DNA of 34,600 bases from a virus (lineage: Duplodnaviria > Caudoviricetes). The notes beneath the pieces were generated by a model, which saw only the letters and a program-made list of their open reading frames with translations, had not been told where the DNA came from and ran no database searches. The stretch covers positions 1-34,600 of IMG/VR virus record IMGVR_UViG_3300027711_000011; one strand, 5' to 3'. Made by a program: the position numbers and the translations under genes. Of this stretch, positions 34,519 to 34,600 are shown in pieces (positions within the stretch are counted from its first letter, which is position 1; each line of letters opens with the position of its first letter).

Positions 34519-34542
34519 CTTCATTAGTGAGTGATGAATAAT

Positions 34543-34600
34543 TTATTTTTTTACGGTTTCTACAACAGCTTTGAATGCATCTGGATGATTCATCGCTAAG
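34543..34600 (-). CDS. rplT: 3' end of 50S ribosomal protein L20
   Basis: Translates to ...LAMNHPDAFKAVVETVKK*, the conserved L20 C-terminus. Confidence 0.85.
   Translation of the reverse strand, partial: LAMNHPDAFKAVVETVKK

Overview
Almost the whole window (about 125/127-34474) is one apparently complete, ~34.3-kb Mu-like transposable prophage with a contractile tail. The host is probably Bacteroidota, judged from TAnnTTTG promoter elements and A-rich, SD-less translation starts. The prophage sits in the intergenic gap between the host rplT (L20) terminator at the right edge and a tRNA-Leu promoter at the left edge, flanked by a GAAC(TA) direct repeat and inverted transposase-type end repeats. 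From right to left it carries: repressor; Ner/Cro-like gene; MuA-like DDE transposase; MuB-like ATPase; a second ATPase; an early accessory region; a lipoprotein moron; a likely late activator; a + strand packaging block (terminase, portal, MuF, neck); a divergent - strand block (Clp protease/scaffold, capsid, lysis, tail, baseplate); and a Dam-family methylase in the position Mu uses for mom. The main signals of interest are a slippery heptamer plus hairpin that would fuse portal to MuF by -1 frameshifting, a long hairpin with its own antisense promoter element upstream of the methylase, and a polysaccharide-deacetylase gene with a perfect 71-bp internal repeat inserted in the baseplate operon. 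The capsid protein also has a membrane-like N-terminus, the termini are not TG...CA, and the MuB homolog has a DQ Walker B motif. Protein family calls come from motif recognition and gene order, not from database searches.
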